DNA of 61,505 bases, the filler included, from Bipalium vagum (lineage: Eukaryota): the NCBI GenBank assembly GCA_037834085.1. It is 3 parts of 3 records of this genome, joined end to end, with 100 filler letters (N's around TTAATTAATTAA, not from the genome) between each part and the next. Parts side by side here need not be neighbours in the genome. Positions count along the whole stretch, not along the records: positions 1 to 29,305 come from JBBMKC010033219.1; positions 29,406 to 45,017 come from JBBMKC010156262.1; 1 more part is not named here. The stretch is one strand, 5' to 3'. This document shows, piece by piece, positions 26,761 through 40,018 of this stretch. The position numbers were made by a program, and so were the translations under genes. Each line of letters opens with the position of its first letter. Positions within the stretch are counted from its first letter, which is position 1. Under the pieces are notes generated by a model, which was given only the letters and a program-made list of their open reading frames with translations, was not told where the DNA came from and did not search any database.

Positions 26761-29232
26761 TTGCTAAGATTATATTGCACTCATTTTCCTTCATTTTTAT
26801 CTTGCCTATCTCATGTAGGTTATGGCAAAAAGTTTTCTCAGAAAAAAACTTTCTTTGAGGAATTTTATCTAAAAATAGCACATATTAGGGTGAGTCATAA
26901 TAACTCGCGTTTTTTTTACAAATTTTCTTTATATAGAAATATTATAAGTATATTAACTTTTAAATATCTAATTAATGTTTAATTTATATGTAGATTAATA
27001 TATTGATTGTTTAAATATTAAAAACGTTTATTTATTTTGAAATTTTTTATTTGAAATATTATGAATTCGTATCTTTTCTGTTCTCATTGAGGGAAAGAGA
27101 TTTATTGAAGTTTTTGCTTTATTATTTTTGAAACTATTTGTTATTTAAATTAATATGAAAATCAATTTTAAATTGATTTGTTAAAGAAATTGCAATACTT
27201 ACATTATATAATAAAAATTTAATTTATTTATTATGACCCACAATATATTTCTTTCATTTTAACATCTACAGATGAGCTCAGAATTAGTTTTGTTTTATGA
27301 TAACTCAATAAATCAAATAAAACGGATTAAATTATTAAAATCAATTATTTTTGGTCAATTTTATAAAGTTGTTTATTTCTGAATATTATTTCATTTAATG
27401 ATGTATTAAGATCTTTAAGATGTAGACTAAATATTGCATGAGACCATAAACTCATTTGTAGAAACTTTGAATTTTATTATGAAAGATTTTTATCAGAAGC
27501 CGTATAACATTTAATCAAATGTATACTGGATCTCTGGAAGTGAAGAAATACAAGAGATGATTTGTTGGCTTCAACATATGAAATATTCTAGAAGATGACA
27601 CTCCTATGTGTGGTATACTATCAACTGTAAATATATAGATATTAGGATACAATCGAAACATTTTATGAAAAATTCTTTGATAAAAACGCAGTTTAAAAAA
27701 TAGATTATTTTGTTAACTTCGTAACCTTGTTTTGTCATTAGCACACTATTTACATTTTAAAGCAATATAATTAAAAGAATAATTAAAATATATAATCATG
27801 AAACAAACCTGCAAAATTCAGTCTATAAAATGAAGAACTCATTAAAAAAGTTACTTCCAAATGTTCAACATCATTTATAATCTAAAGTAAAAAATCAGAC
27901 ATTATTTGCAAATTACACATTCCATTAATATTGAATCTAAGTTTCAATTATGAATTTTAGTACGAAACCAAAAATAAGTTTATCCGAATTTCAAACAGAA
28001 AATTATTGTCTATATAGACCAAGTGTTTGCTTAAATATTTCAAAAGAAAATAAATTTGTGTGAAAAAAAGTTCTATTACAAGAACAGTTTTGTGGAAATT
28101 AAAATAAAACTAACTAAACATTTTTAAAATTTTGAAACTAGAGCAAAGACTTCATAAGGGCATAATAATTATTTATTATATTGTTAACGATATTATTTAT
28201 TTTCATATAATAGAAGTAAATTACATTGAATCAGCATATAAATATGACGATAAGTTTAAAGATGAAGATGAAAAATAATATTAATGATAATATAGGTTAA
28301 TTAGATTATAATTTTTAACCGTAACTGTGGCTGTTATGAAAGGTGTTATAAATGTAAATAAAATAATAAATGTTGGTAATTTGAATAATTTAACATCATT
28401 GGTAAATTATTATAAAGTAAAATGTTTTATTCAACTCTTTATTTATTAATAATATTTCCAGTTATTACTACTTCGTGTCTGATAATAATTAATTAAATCG
28501 GGGAATTGAATATTATAAGTTTGGAAAATGAAAATAAAAGCAATAGAAAATAATGTGCAAAACATTAGAGAATAAAAAGGAAAATTATTCTAAAATTATA
28601 ACTGTTAATTAATATTATTAATTTAATTAAAATATTATTTATCATAAACAACCAATGTATGAACTACATTGTATTTTTAATTATTTTAATTTTGAATTTT
28701 GAGATATGGAGTTTCAGAGTTGATCAAAGCATTTTTTGTAAGAAGTTTCGTGGAAAAGATTTATATTAGCCTCCTTATTGTATTTATTAATGCAGGAATG
28801 CTGATGAGATTTTTAAATTCTCCCTAATAAATTTTTTAAATACCAAATTATTCATTAATAAAAGAATACAGGGGGTACCAGATTTCAATATGTTTAATTT
28901 TGACAATTAATTTCTTTAATGAATTTCGGAGATCACCACAGGAAATCTATAATGAATTTTATAATGTGGCTCATTAAGCTATTCCAAAAACCAAAGCGAA
29001 TGTAGAATATTTAAATAAAAGGATATTTTACAGTTTTACATATAACATTTCAATAAAAAATAAATTACATATATGAAGCTTATTATATTTTAAGTTAAAT
29101 TATCAAGTGGCATTGTCAATAACTTTCAAAATATAAAGAGTTTGTTGGTAAAAAATAACAAATCTCCAACTGCCGTTTTCCTTCATGAATTTATTATAAT
29201 TGATAGTCTTTTATATTCTCTTTTCATCAATG

Positions 29233-29234
<2 letters not shown>

Positions 29235-29305
<71 letters not shown>
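29235..29305. repeat. (ATT)n microsatellite at a contig end
   Basis: Perfect ATT run leading into the N gap. It explains the poly-Leu ORF 29142-29357. Confidence 0.97.
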
Positions 29306-29405
29306 NNNNNNNNNNNNNNNNNNNNNNNNNNNNNNNNNNNNNNNNNNNNTTAATTAATTAANNNNNNNNNNNNNNNNNNNNNNNNNNNNNNNNNNNNNNN
29401 NNNNN
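29306..29405. other. Artificial 100-nt scaffold spacer (44N-TTAATTAATTAA-44N)
   Basis: The 12-mer gives stops in all six frames, and an identical spacer occurs at 45018-45117. Confidence 0.95.
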
Positions 29406-29909
29406 ATATATACAATTTGTCAAAATATTTTATTTGTAATCTATATTCGTAATAATGATATTATGCTTATTATTACTATTATCATTATTTTAAATGATAA
29501 ATAATATTCCGCTGGAAGGGAGTCATTATCTAATTTTAAAAATTTAATTAAAAAATATAAAACCAATTTTCTATTGGATAAACACCGCATTTATGAAAAT
29601 AGTTTTAAAAAATAAAAGAAACTATAAGATGTTGAGACAAAATTTTGAAATTTTATATCTGTTACTAAAACATTGGAAAGCAATTGAAGCAAAACTTTGT
29701 GTATTGAAATTTTCAGGAGAACGAATAACATTAAAATGTGGGAGATTTCGAAAATGAGGATCAAAGAGCAGAACTTTTACAATACTTACTACGAGGATTT
29801 CATTATATACAGAGGATTTTAGATCCACCATCTGAAGTAGTTTCTTATAGAGATGAATTGTCGCAGTCTCACTGAGTTGCTTAAAAAGGTATAAAAGTCA
29901 AAGAGTATA

Positions 29910-31170
29910 CAGGGTGCATAAGGTATTTGAGGAGGTGAGATGAGATGAGTTTAATGTTGATTTTTTAGGATTTCTCAAATATATCCACATGAAATTTGTT
30001 TTACTAAACTAATAGAATATTTAATAATGGTGGAAAACCAAATCACTCAAAAAATGAAGCGACGTGTTGTTCTAGTGGCTTTGAAAGCTGATCATTCCGA
30101 TTTAGAAATCGGCTGATTTTTAAAAATTGCATGACAGTTTGTACATAAAGTAGGCCAAAAGCTTCAATCCTATCATGGAATATTGTCACGCATCAAAGTA
30201 TAAGGAAAATTTCAAACGCTGTGACATGATGCGAACAGATGATTTTGTCAAGAAAATTAGATAGGTGGTTGATGGCATCCCCAGAAGTTCCATGAGGTCT
30301 TCTGATAAAAATTTCAAGGTCTCAGGAGGAACAATCAGAAATATGTTCATGAAAACATGGCGATACAAATCGTGTGTTGAAGAAAAATTCATTTCTCTCA
30401 AAAAAATCAAAGAAAATCGTTTAATCAAATCGAAAATTCTGCTAACCAAACTCAAAATCTAGCTTTAATATGGTCTGATTTGTTTTTTCTCAGATGAAAA
30501 GGATTTCGACCAAGATCAAAAGAAGAAATGATTGATGATTATCTGAAGTTCCAACAATCATGCAAATAAATTTCCAGCATCAGTCGTGGTTTTAGGGGTT
30601 GTGAGCAGTGAAGGACATATGATACATTCTCAACTCTTCTCAAAAGGACTTTGAGTGAATTCTGGCTGTCTACATTGAGGTCCTGAAAACAGTTGTGAAG
30701 TCTGGATTGACTCAGTACAAAATGGAAGGCTTTATGTTTTCCAACATGAATTTGCTTCATTACATAATGCTTGATTAAGTCAAGAATAAATAGTTTAAAA
30801 TTTCCATGACCATGTCACTCCTGATAATTTGTCTCACAATTCCCCAGACCTGAATCCATTGTACTATTGTGTATTTTGTGTTATTGAGAAAGAGTTCAAT
30901 AAACATTTCACACAATACTTTGGATTCACTGAAATCCACCATACTCATGGTAATGACCAATATGATCAAGAACACCCAGTTAAGCCATGCAGGCGATTTT
31001 GACCTCGTTTGGAAGCAGTGATCGAGATAAATGGAGATTTTTTTAATAAAATTATAAAAAAAATTAATTACCTTTTTATCCGTTTATCGTTTTTTATCAA
31101 TAAAGTTATTGCTTGTTATTACATTTATGTTTTCCCTATGATAATGTCCTCAAATACCCTACGCACTTTG
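29910..31170 (+). mobile_element. DD37D/maT transposon with both ends, degenerate transposase
   Basis: TA-CAGGGTGCATAAGGTATTTGAGGA...TCCTCAAATACCCTACGCACTTTG-TA. Internal FFSDEKDFDQDQK, FPASVVVLGVVSSEG and NSPDLNPLYY. Same family as 9630-10709. Confidence 0.88.
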
Positions 31171-31992
31171 TAGTTGAGATCATAAGAAATATTTGGAATG
31201 GAAATAAAAAGGAAGTAGCACAGCGATTAATATTCTTTATATTTTATAAAACATTAGTGGTGCGGAGACTGAACATAGATGCAACTCAATGAAAAGCACC
31301 AACGGATTCAAGGAACATTTATATAGAGAACTTTCATCTTTCATTTCATACATTTTACTTGATTTTATTTGTTTGAAAAAAAAATTAATTTTTAATTATT
31401 TTAATATTTTCAGGTACGAAGTAACATTTATTTTATTTAGTTATCAAAAACTTATTTTATATATTTTCTCTCTGTATGTTGAAAATAAACAAATGTATAA
31501 TTAAATTAAATAATATTGTCTTAAGGATTTCTATAATAATTAAAGAAACGAAAAGAAACAAGTAAATTGTAAATAAAAATTACCATTAAGCTGACTTCAT
31601 AAATTATTGAGAAATAGGATGAGTGATGATTTTGAAATTAGAACTTCGTGGAATCATAATTATAATGAATGGATAACATAAATCAATCAATAAATTAATT
31701 AATCAATTAAATTAATCAATTATTAATCAATTTAACTCAGCCAATAATGTAAAAAGAGTAAGAATCGTTGAGGATACTCTTGCATAATAACGAGTCTGAT
31801 GAGCGAAATGACTTCAGTTATATGTACACTGTTGTCATCCAATACATATATTATGTAAGCTGCAGTTGACGAAGATGATTTTTTTCAATAATAAGAAAAT
31901 ACTATATATACCGAGACGAAACTCATTAAAATCAGAAATAAAGTGACAGCTATTTCTCGGTAATCTTAAGTTCAGTGTAATTGTGAAAGGTT

Positions 31993-32282
31993 TTTAAGAA
32001 TAATGTCAGAAAGGATAAGAACTAATCGATTCAAGTAATTAATACTTTTAATTCCTACTTTTTCCTGCGTTTTTACATTTTTTTGTAATTCCATGAAACT
32101 AGTCGGTTAAAAGGTATTTCTTATCATAGGGACTTCTCACTTTAAGAATAATGTCAGAAAGGATAAGAACTAATCGATTCAAGTAATTAATACTTTTAAT
32201 TTCTACTTATTCCTGAGTTTTTACTTTTTTGTAATTCCATGAAACTAGTCGGTTAAAAGGTATTTCTTATCATAAGGACTTT
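31993..32282. repeat. Two-copy tandem duplication, ~148-bp period
   Basis: TTTAAGAATAATGTCAGAAAGGATAAGAACTAATCGATTC...GGTATTTCTTATCATA starts at 31993 and again at 32141 with few differences. Confidence 0.95.
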
Positions 32283-33247
32283 TAACTTACTCTCGAAGTG
32301 AGATTATTCTTGTCTTTAATTAAGTGTTATTCATTGAGTAATTGTTATATTACAATTATATTCTATCTATATAAAAGGTAGTTTTTAGCAATATATTTTC
32401 TACCTTTTGTGTACAATCTAAAGTTGAGCGTTTGACAGACAGAGCTTCAGAGTAAAATACGATTGAGTCTCAAGGAAACCTTAAATGTAATACAGAAATA
32501 ATTGAACGAAACCAAATTAATTAGAGAAATTATATTGACTATAATTACATCAAAGATAAAAAAATCTGAAGACGCTTTTTAACACAAAAATAAATATTAA
32601 TGAATGTAAGAGAATATTAAAAATCTATATTTCACTGTCACAATTTTTTATCATGGATATTGGCATATTTCGTCAGTAGTTTTTTGTATTTATAATTTTT
32701 TTGCGCTCTTAGTTTAGTAAAAAAAAATCTCTATTTTCTGTCTAATCCAACCTCCATATTTCATTCGTGATTTTGTTCATTTAAGTTTGGCTGACTAAGT
32801 TAAGACATCATTAATTATACGTTTTTCGACCCTCAAAATTTGAAACGGTATGTCTTAATTATTTCTAAAATCAAAGCGTGAAGTATTTTGTTTTGTATCA
32901 TAACATTGCAAGACCACAGGTTCATTTTCGTAACCAGAATCGAAATATTTTTTGCATCACTCAAGGTTAAAAGCGATTAGAGGGTACAACCAGTTACACC
33001 TATTCCGAGATACAGATCAAAATTTTACAGTATATCTTCTTTTATGAGAAATGATCAATAGAACATGATTAATATCAAGTCTGTGAATTAATTCGGTCCG
33101 TTTTTATGTCAATTAATTAATTTTTATTATATATAATTTATAATATAAGTGCAGATTTGTTTATTTTTAGTTTGGTAATATTTTAATAATATTTTGCTAA
33201 TAAACTTTTGAAATTGTAACAATACCATCTTGTTTAAATCAATTAAA

Positions 33248-33770
33248 ATGTCAAAATTTAAATTACATAAAGCAACATTTCCGGAAATTCTAATGGAATA
33301 TTATAGTTAAATTGCTCCGAGCTATAAATCATTCAGAGAATGGTTTAGACGTTTCAAGATGGCTTGATTTTATTGTCCATGACAAAATTCGTTCATCTCA
33401 ACCAAAAAGGTTTGAGGACGATGAATTATAGGTACTAATCGTTGAAGATCCATGTCAATCACAACATAGCCTCATGTGGAACCAATAATAGAAGTAATCT
33501 TTACTGATATGAGAGGCATTATTTCTAAAATCCGTTTGTCTTATCAAACTATTTCTAGGTAAATTAACGATATTGGCCAATCTATCGAAAAGAAATTATT
33601 AGATAGATTATAATAGAAATTGAAGCTTCTAATTTTAAGTATTATTCTTTCACGATTGTTGAAAGTACGGATTTATTCTAAAGAAAAATCTATTTTTTGG
33701 CACAGAATATTCATGTTACCAGATTTATGGGAGAAAGTCATTTTAAAGATGAAAAATAATTTGATTAATT
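33248..33770 (+). mobile_element. mariner (Mos1/mauritiana-like) internally deleted remnant
   Basis: REWFRRFK..PKRFEDDEL*VLIVEDPCQSQ and C-terminal FWHRIFMLPDLWEKVI. Confidence 0.7.
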
Positions 33771-35759
33771 TTAATGTGTCTATTTGTCATAAAATATTAA
33801 AAGTTGATTAAGAAGTCTAAAATTAATACTCTCCTCATAAATATATTATATTTATACTCATTTGTTTTAATGAATTCTATGTAAATGATCACATTTGAAT
33901 ATGAATCAACATTTTTATAACCAAAATGGAATCATCTTTTGAAGTTCAACTCATCTGTTTATTCGCAATTTTGGATCAGTCATGGTGAAAACAAATCTTC
34001 ATCGTGGCTTAGCTCCTTGAAGAGAGCTAGATCTCCGGTAACTACTTTTGTTTGATATATTATCTATTTTCATTCAGTTTCTTTAGACCACTGCCGTGAC
34101 TATCACCATATCCATGAATATAGAAAATTAGCTACTAATCTCCTGTCTTCAAAACATCTTGCAATTACTCTAGATTAAATAGAATACGTTGATTATAGCA
34201 GAAATTTTATCTTAGGCTCACCCAAAGGAACCTCCCAGTGTGTTTCATTGTGCAAGGGACCGCAAGAACATGAGTTGGTTAATAATAAAATTAATAATAA
34301 TAAAATAATAATACTAATGTTAAAGATTTAATTATTGTTTCTGAATAATATCGCCGTAAATTTCCTGAGTGATGGCTATTATTGAGTATTAAGATGCCAC
34401 TGAAGGAATTTCAACAGATAATTAAAGTGATTTAGGAAATGTTTTAATTGTGGCGCCAGTCAATGACCGGATTAGTCAGTTGACTAGCAGAAGTATTTGC
34501 CATATAAAAAGAGAAGCACAAGAAACAGTATTGACCAAAAATCAAGTACGATATATATTTGTATAAAATTTTAAGAAGCGATTTATTGATGATTATTGAG
34601 AGATCTGAAGAATCGATTGTCCAGAGATCGTTTGTTATTAGTATTGCCAATTGATTTATTGTGAAAAGTTATACATAAGTAAATATCTACTCTTTTCAAG
34701 GATATAGAATCAACGCTGTCCAGCTCTATCGTCCTTAAACTCAAACAGTAAACTGTATAACTGATAGCCCCAGGGTTGCCTCAATCTCGCGTTGGTGAGA
34801 CTATTTTATTTATTCTTTTATTTTATCAACAATCCGTTCGTGAACTTTATTAAAAATGTTTTTGTGAATTTGAATAACAATTTCACTATTAATAATATTT
34901 TTTCTTAATATCGTTACATTGTTTGAACTGATTTTTGTAACACCAACTAATTAGTATGAGTCTGATTTAAACGTACATTATATTATTACCATGAAAAAAT
35001 GTTAGTAACACATGCACATAATCAGTGAGCACAATATTGAAGTTTATTTTTAATAAACATTTATTTATATTTTTATTTGTTTACTATTTAGTTTTCATTA
35101 TTTCATTTTGTAAATTGATAAACATGAAAAACATTCCCTTTTTAACATTTACTTTCATACCCCTCTTAGGCGTATTTTATCCGTATTTGAATTTTTCACT
35201 AAAAAGTTATAATATTTAAACAAATGTTATACATTTATTGAAATAGAATTATTTGATATATAAAATATATTTTACTTCATTTAATAAAGTTCATTTGAAG
35301 GATCAAAACAGCAAAAAATTCTTGGATGCATATTACGTTTGTAAATATGATGAATATGACAGTCGAATATTAATAAAAATCTATTCATTGGTGGATCTGG
35401 AGGAATGTCTAGAAGCATGCCCAACAAATTTAGCCAGCAGAGATGTCGAATATCAATATATCAGGGAAATTTCATATTAAATTTATATAATACAATAATA
35501 AAACAAGGCAAATAAATAGTATAAAAATAGAACATACAAAGATAAAATTCTACCCCGAAGGATTATGCTGAAAAGTTAGCAGATCCTTTTTAATTTGAAA
35601 TGAAAGATAAAATTACAGTAAAATCAATATATTTTATTGAAAAAATTAAAAGGATTCAGAAGATGAGAATTTTAAAGTAACAAGTTTTGATAGTTGATTT
35701 TCTTTGTCATTTTATCACTACTAATTTGTAGACTATATTATAAAAATAAAAAATTTTAA

Positions 35760-36340
35760 TTTCAGCACTACGAATAAAAAATAAAGAAAAAATTATAGGA
35801 ACCTCGAAAGATTAAAGATAAGAATTCAATGCTAAGCAATCAAACGTTGAAAAAGATATAAACGATTTGTAAAGAAGCCATTAACCAATGGTAGAAAAAT
35901 GTCATTTCTGAAACATATATTAGGTATACAGACAAGAAATTGATATTCTGAAAACGTGAAAAATCAACCGGAACATTGTAAAAATATTGTTTGGAAGTTG
36001 CATCACCATATGTTGTCTTACAAACCGAAGAAATTTATTGTTATGGATGATGAATTATATAGGCCAGTGGATCCAAATGAAATTCGCATTAATTACAATT
36101 AAAATGAACTAACAATAAATTGAAATATAAGCCAAGAAAAAAGTTTATAACGATGCACGTGATCAGTCAAAATGACAACACTTTAAATTGGTTCATTTCT
36201 ACTCGTACTCAATAGGATATAAAAAGAATGCCTACCGTGTTTCTTTAAGTTTGTTGATAAGCCGAATCGTCCAGATAAGGTCTTATTTTGTCCAGATGTG
36301 AAAACAGGTCATTATAAGATAGATGCCATTAAGATAGACC
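35760..36340 (+). mobile_element. ITmD37E (DD37E/TRT-type) transposase remnant
   Basis: KFIVMDDELYRPVDP (compare VMDDETY) and DKVLFCPDVKTGHY (compare LFWPDLASCHY) in the expected order. Confidence 0.6.
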
Positions 36341-39300
36341 CTTAAAAAGCGAAAAATCGACTATCGTCTCTTAAGTACAAAACAGTAGACAGACACAGTA
36401 GGTCGACTTTTTGTACTCTACATTGTAAATTAATGAAAGACGTCGTTATTTCATTATAATAAAGATAGTTTAAATTTTCTTAATAGACTAATTACAATAT
36501 AGTTTTCAATCTTACAACTTAAACCTGGCGCACAAAAATGATATAAGATCAAATAAGATTATTGGTTATTTATAATAATATCGATATTAAATGTAAATAT
36601 ATAAATTTATTATTATTTGAAAATTTTTTAATTAATCAATTAACTTAGTCATGAAGATTTTGGTTTTCAAGTAAATCTGAAAACCAGTGAAGATTTACGA
36701 GTTGAGTCCCCTGATGGATATGTTAGTTACTACCACGTTATCAATATTGTTCGAATTCAAAGTCAATATTGAACATAAGATGTAGTTGATAAAAAATAGC
36801 TGTGTAGTTGTAAAAAGTACTCGCCATTTTAATTTTTTCATATTAATTATTTATTTATTTTTAAAAAACTTTCACCACTCCTTTAATTAAACGAAAACTT
36901 ATATTGGGTATTTCTTAAATGTTAAATTTTTAACGTCACTTGGATCACTTGTTATATCAAATATCATTTTGTAACATCTTAATTTGTGTTAATTGATTTA
37001 TTCAAATTATTATCGAGCACATGTATACCTTTCTAGTGTTAAGTTCTATGCTTCCATCGTATTAAAGAAACTTAATAAATGAAAGAAAGATTTCTTTTAA
37101 AATTATTTAATAAAATTTAAAAAATAATACTCAAAATATTTACAGAACAAGAAAATTGAGAATAGATACACTGAGTTATTGTGTTACTGTGTTACTGAAC
37201 TTAACTGCAATAAAGTGAAGTAGTTATTAATAGAACTTGGGTAATATAAAATATTAACCATTTGGTTGACTTTTTTTCAAAAAAATTATTATCATGAAAA
37301 ATTATATTTTTTATATCATTCATTATTTTTTAGTTAAACAAGCAATTTTATTTTATTGATTTTGGGACGCATTGACAGTAAATGATTAAAGTGTACGGAC
37401 AGGAGACAGTTTTGTTATCTAACTTGGCTATTGATGTATAGTTGATATAATTCAGAGTTGTTTATTATCTACCACATTCGAGTGAATGGTTTAGTAACAA
37501 TAAAATCTAGTTAAACAGTTCAAGTACTTTATGATTGAGGTGCAAATATCCAACCATACAAAAACCGAACCCGATATAACTATCAAAATCCATTGTATTG
37601 TTTGACTTACAATTTATAATTAATAATTATATAAATAATATAATTAATAAAATAATATAATTAAATAATATATAAATAATATAATTAATAATTTTGTCTG
37701 CGTGGGTGTATGTGAACACATAAATGTGTGATTGTATGGATGTACTTATGCTTGCATGAAAGTGTGAATCTTCTTCTGATTTGACGTTTATTTCTATTCA
37801 TTATATTTATTAATTATCCTTATTTTTTATTGATTGTTACACATCATTATAATTGTTGTTATTGATATTATTATTAATTATCATTACCGTGTAAAAATAA
37901 GAATATATAAAACAAAAGTAGTTATTTCAAATTACCATTACAGAACTTATCATCGATTTGATTGTTTTGATTATCGATTTTTAATATTGAAGTTATTATT
38001 ATTTTATCGAATGAATACTAATATTGAGACTTTGTAAAACAGAATAATTAAAAATATCAGTAGAATACCCATTATCTACCAAAACTAAATTTTATTATTA
38101 TTACTTAGTTCATTATAAATTATCAAACCTGCAACCTAGAATTATATTTTGATGGTCTTTTTATATCGTTCATACCTTTATACAAATTTTTATACTAGCA
38201 TTTATGTCGTGTATTAGCACATTATATGTTCCTCTACATACGAAAAATTTTTTTTTATTTTATTTTAATTTCTTTATGATTTTAATACTTACCATTACAA
38301 ATCGGAGCGAACATCAATATTTATTTCTATAGTTAGAAGATATTCACAATCGTTAAGTGAATTTATCCTTATACAGTTTGGATTATTTTCTTTAGTATTA
38401 AAATGCCATTGGATTAAATTTGGGTCAAATAGACCTCGACTGTCTTCAACCAAACCGTTGGACTCGACTAAAGGGATCTATGTTAGTTCTCAATTGGTAA
38501 GATTGTGTTTCCTTTGCTCTCATTTGTCTCCTAAATTGCTGTTTGATATTTATTTCCTTAATTATTTTTTTTCAAAAATATTGATCGTTTTACATTTTGG
38601 TTGTTATTTGTTATTATAATAACAAATGTAGAGCCAATGTTTTTTTTTCATCATTTTCATTGAGAAAATCTTTAGAAGTAAATAATATTCTTATTCCGTA
38701 AATAAAAGGTTTGAAATAAGATTATCAGAAATACTTTCAATCATAAAGCGACTTAAAGAAATAAAATAATTATTAATTGTTTCATAATCTCAAATATTGA
38801 AAATTTGTTTCAATAAATGACAGACTTTGAAGTTATAAATATAAAGTATATATATTAAGATATTGTATGAATATTTGTTTTACCTTTTTTGTTTTTATTT
38901 TATTATTATTTTGTTTTTATCTTGTTTAATAAAATTTTAAAGTCAATTTTCGCGAAAATTTTAAAAAATGTTTCTAAAACATAGACGTATTAAATATTCA
39001 TATAAGGTAATTACATCAAACTGACAAATATTGAAAATGTATTTTATTACGAAATATTTTAATTAATGTTATTAATCAAATATTTGATTACTTCATTAGT
39101 CAGAATCCCTATTGACTTTCATATCCCATAAATAAAAGTCTCACAGGAATGATAGAGCAGAAGTTAAGTGGTTGAATAGTAAAAATGTTTAGCAGAACAA
39201 CAAATATTATTTTGTTGAAAAAATTTAACGATAAATTAGACAAGGTATGATCACTATTATTTTCCTGCTGGCTGGATTCCATTGAGCTCAATAAACAAAG

Positions 39301-39568
39301 ACTGATCCGCAGAAAGGCTCATGGTAAGTCTATGAGTCAGACACCAAATCCCTTTAGTGATATCGGTTTTATTTTACTTATCCATTTTTATTTCTTTTGT
39401 GAAATTTCTTTTAATGTAATACTAATATTGTCACACAAAGTAAACTACTTTTGTACATTAACTACCCAGAATTTATACCTCTTGTTTTAGTTAATCAAAT
39501 AAAGGTCATTTGTTGCTAACAAAAAATTTTATTTCGAAAAAATTATTATTTTTTTTAGATTAATTTTA

Positions 39569-40018
39569 CAGGGTTTATAACCTCATTTCAAATTTTTGTA
39601 ATTCAATTTAAAATTTTTGTAATCTCATTTCTAATACATATTTTCTTATAGGTCACAGGATATTGTTTTAGCCTCCTTATTCTCCGTTTCTAAATCCTAT
39701 TGAGAACTTATTCTCAAAATGGAAACAAAGCATCAGACAAGCTTGTCCTGAAAATGAAAAAATATTTATTTGGATTGATCGATAACGTAGGAAATTTAAT
39801 AGGCGCTGATGATTGTAATTCTTATTACAGGCACATGTTTAAATTCCTAACAAAATGTATTAGTAAGAGGCCATCTATGATTATTGAATGTTTATATGTA
39901 AATATATTTTAAAATATATATTTATTTATTTAATATAATATATATTAAAAATAAAAAATAATTCTTATTTTTATTTATTATTGATTTACAAAAATTTGAA
40001 ATGAGGTTATAAACCCTG
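39569..40018 (+). mobile_element. 450-bp non-autonomous Tc1/IS630-like (DD34E) element with perfect TIRs
   Basis: Perfect 33-bp TIR CAGGGTTTATAACCTCATTTCAAATTTTTGTAA with TA on both sides. Interior reads F*PPYSPFLNPIENLFSKWK...DDCNSYYRHMFKFLTKC. Confidence 0.92.

Noticed and set aside
29142-29357. Poly-Leu ORF resembling a signal or transmembrane peptide
   Set aside because: It is the translation of an (ATT)n microsatellite running into N.
29350-29361. Palindromic TTAATTAATTAA as a biological motif
   Set aside because: It sits in identical N padding twice, so it is an assembly linker.
31993-32282. CRISPR-like repeat
   Set aside because: Only two long adjacent copies, no spacers, and a eukaryotic context.
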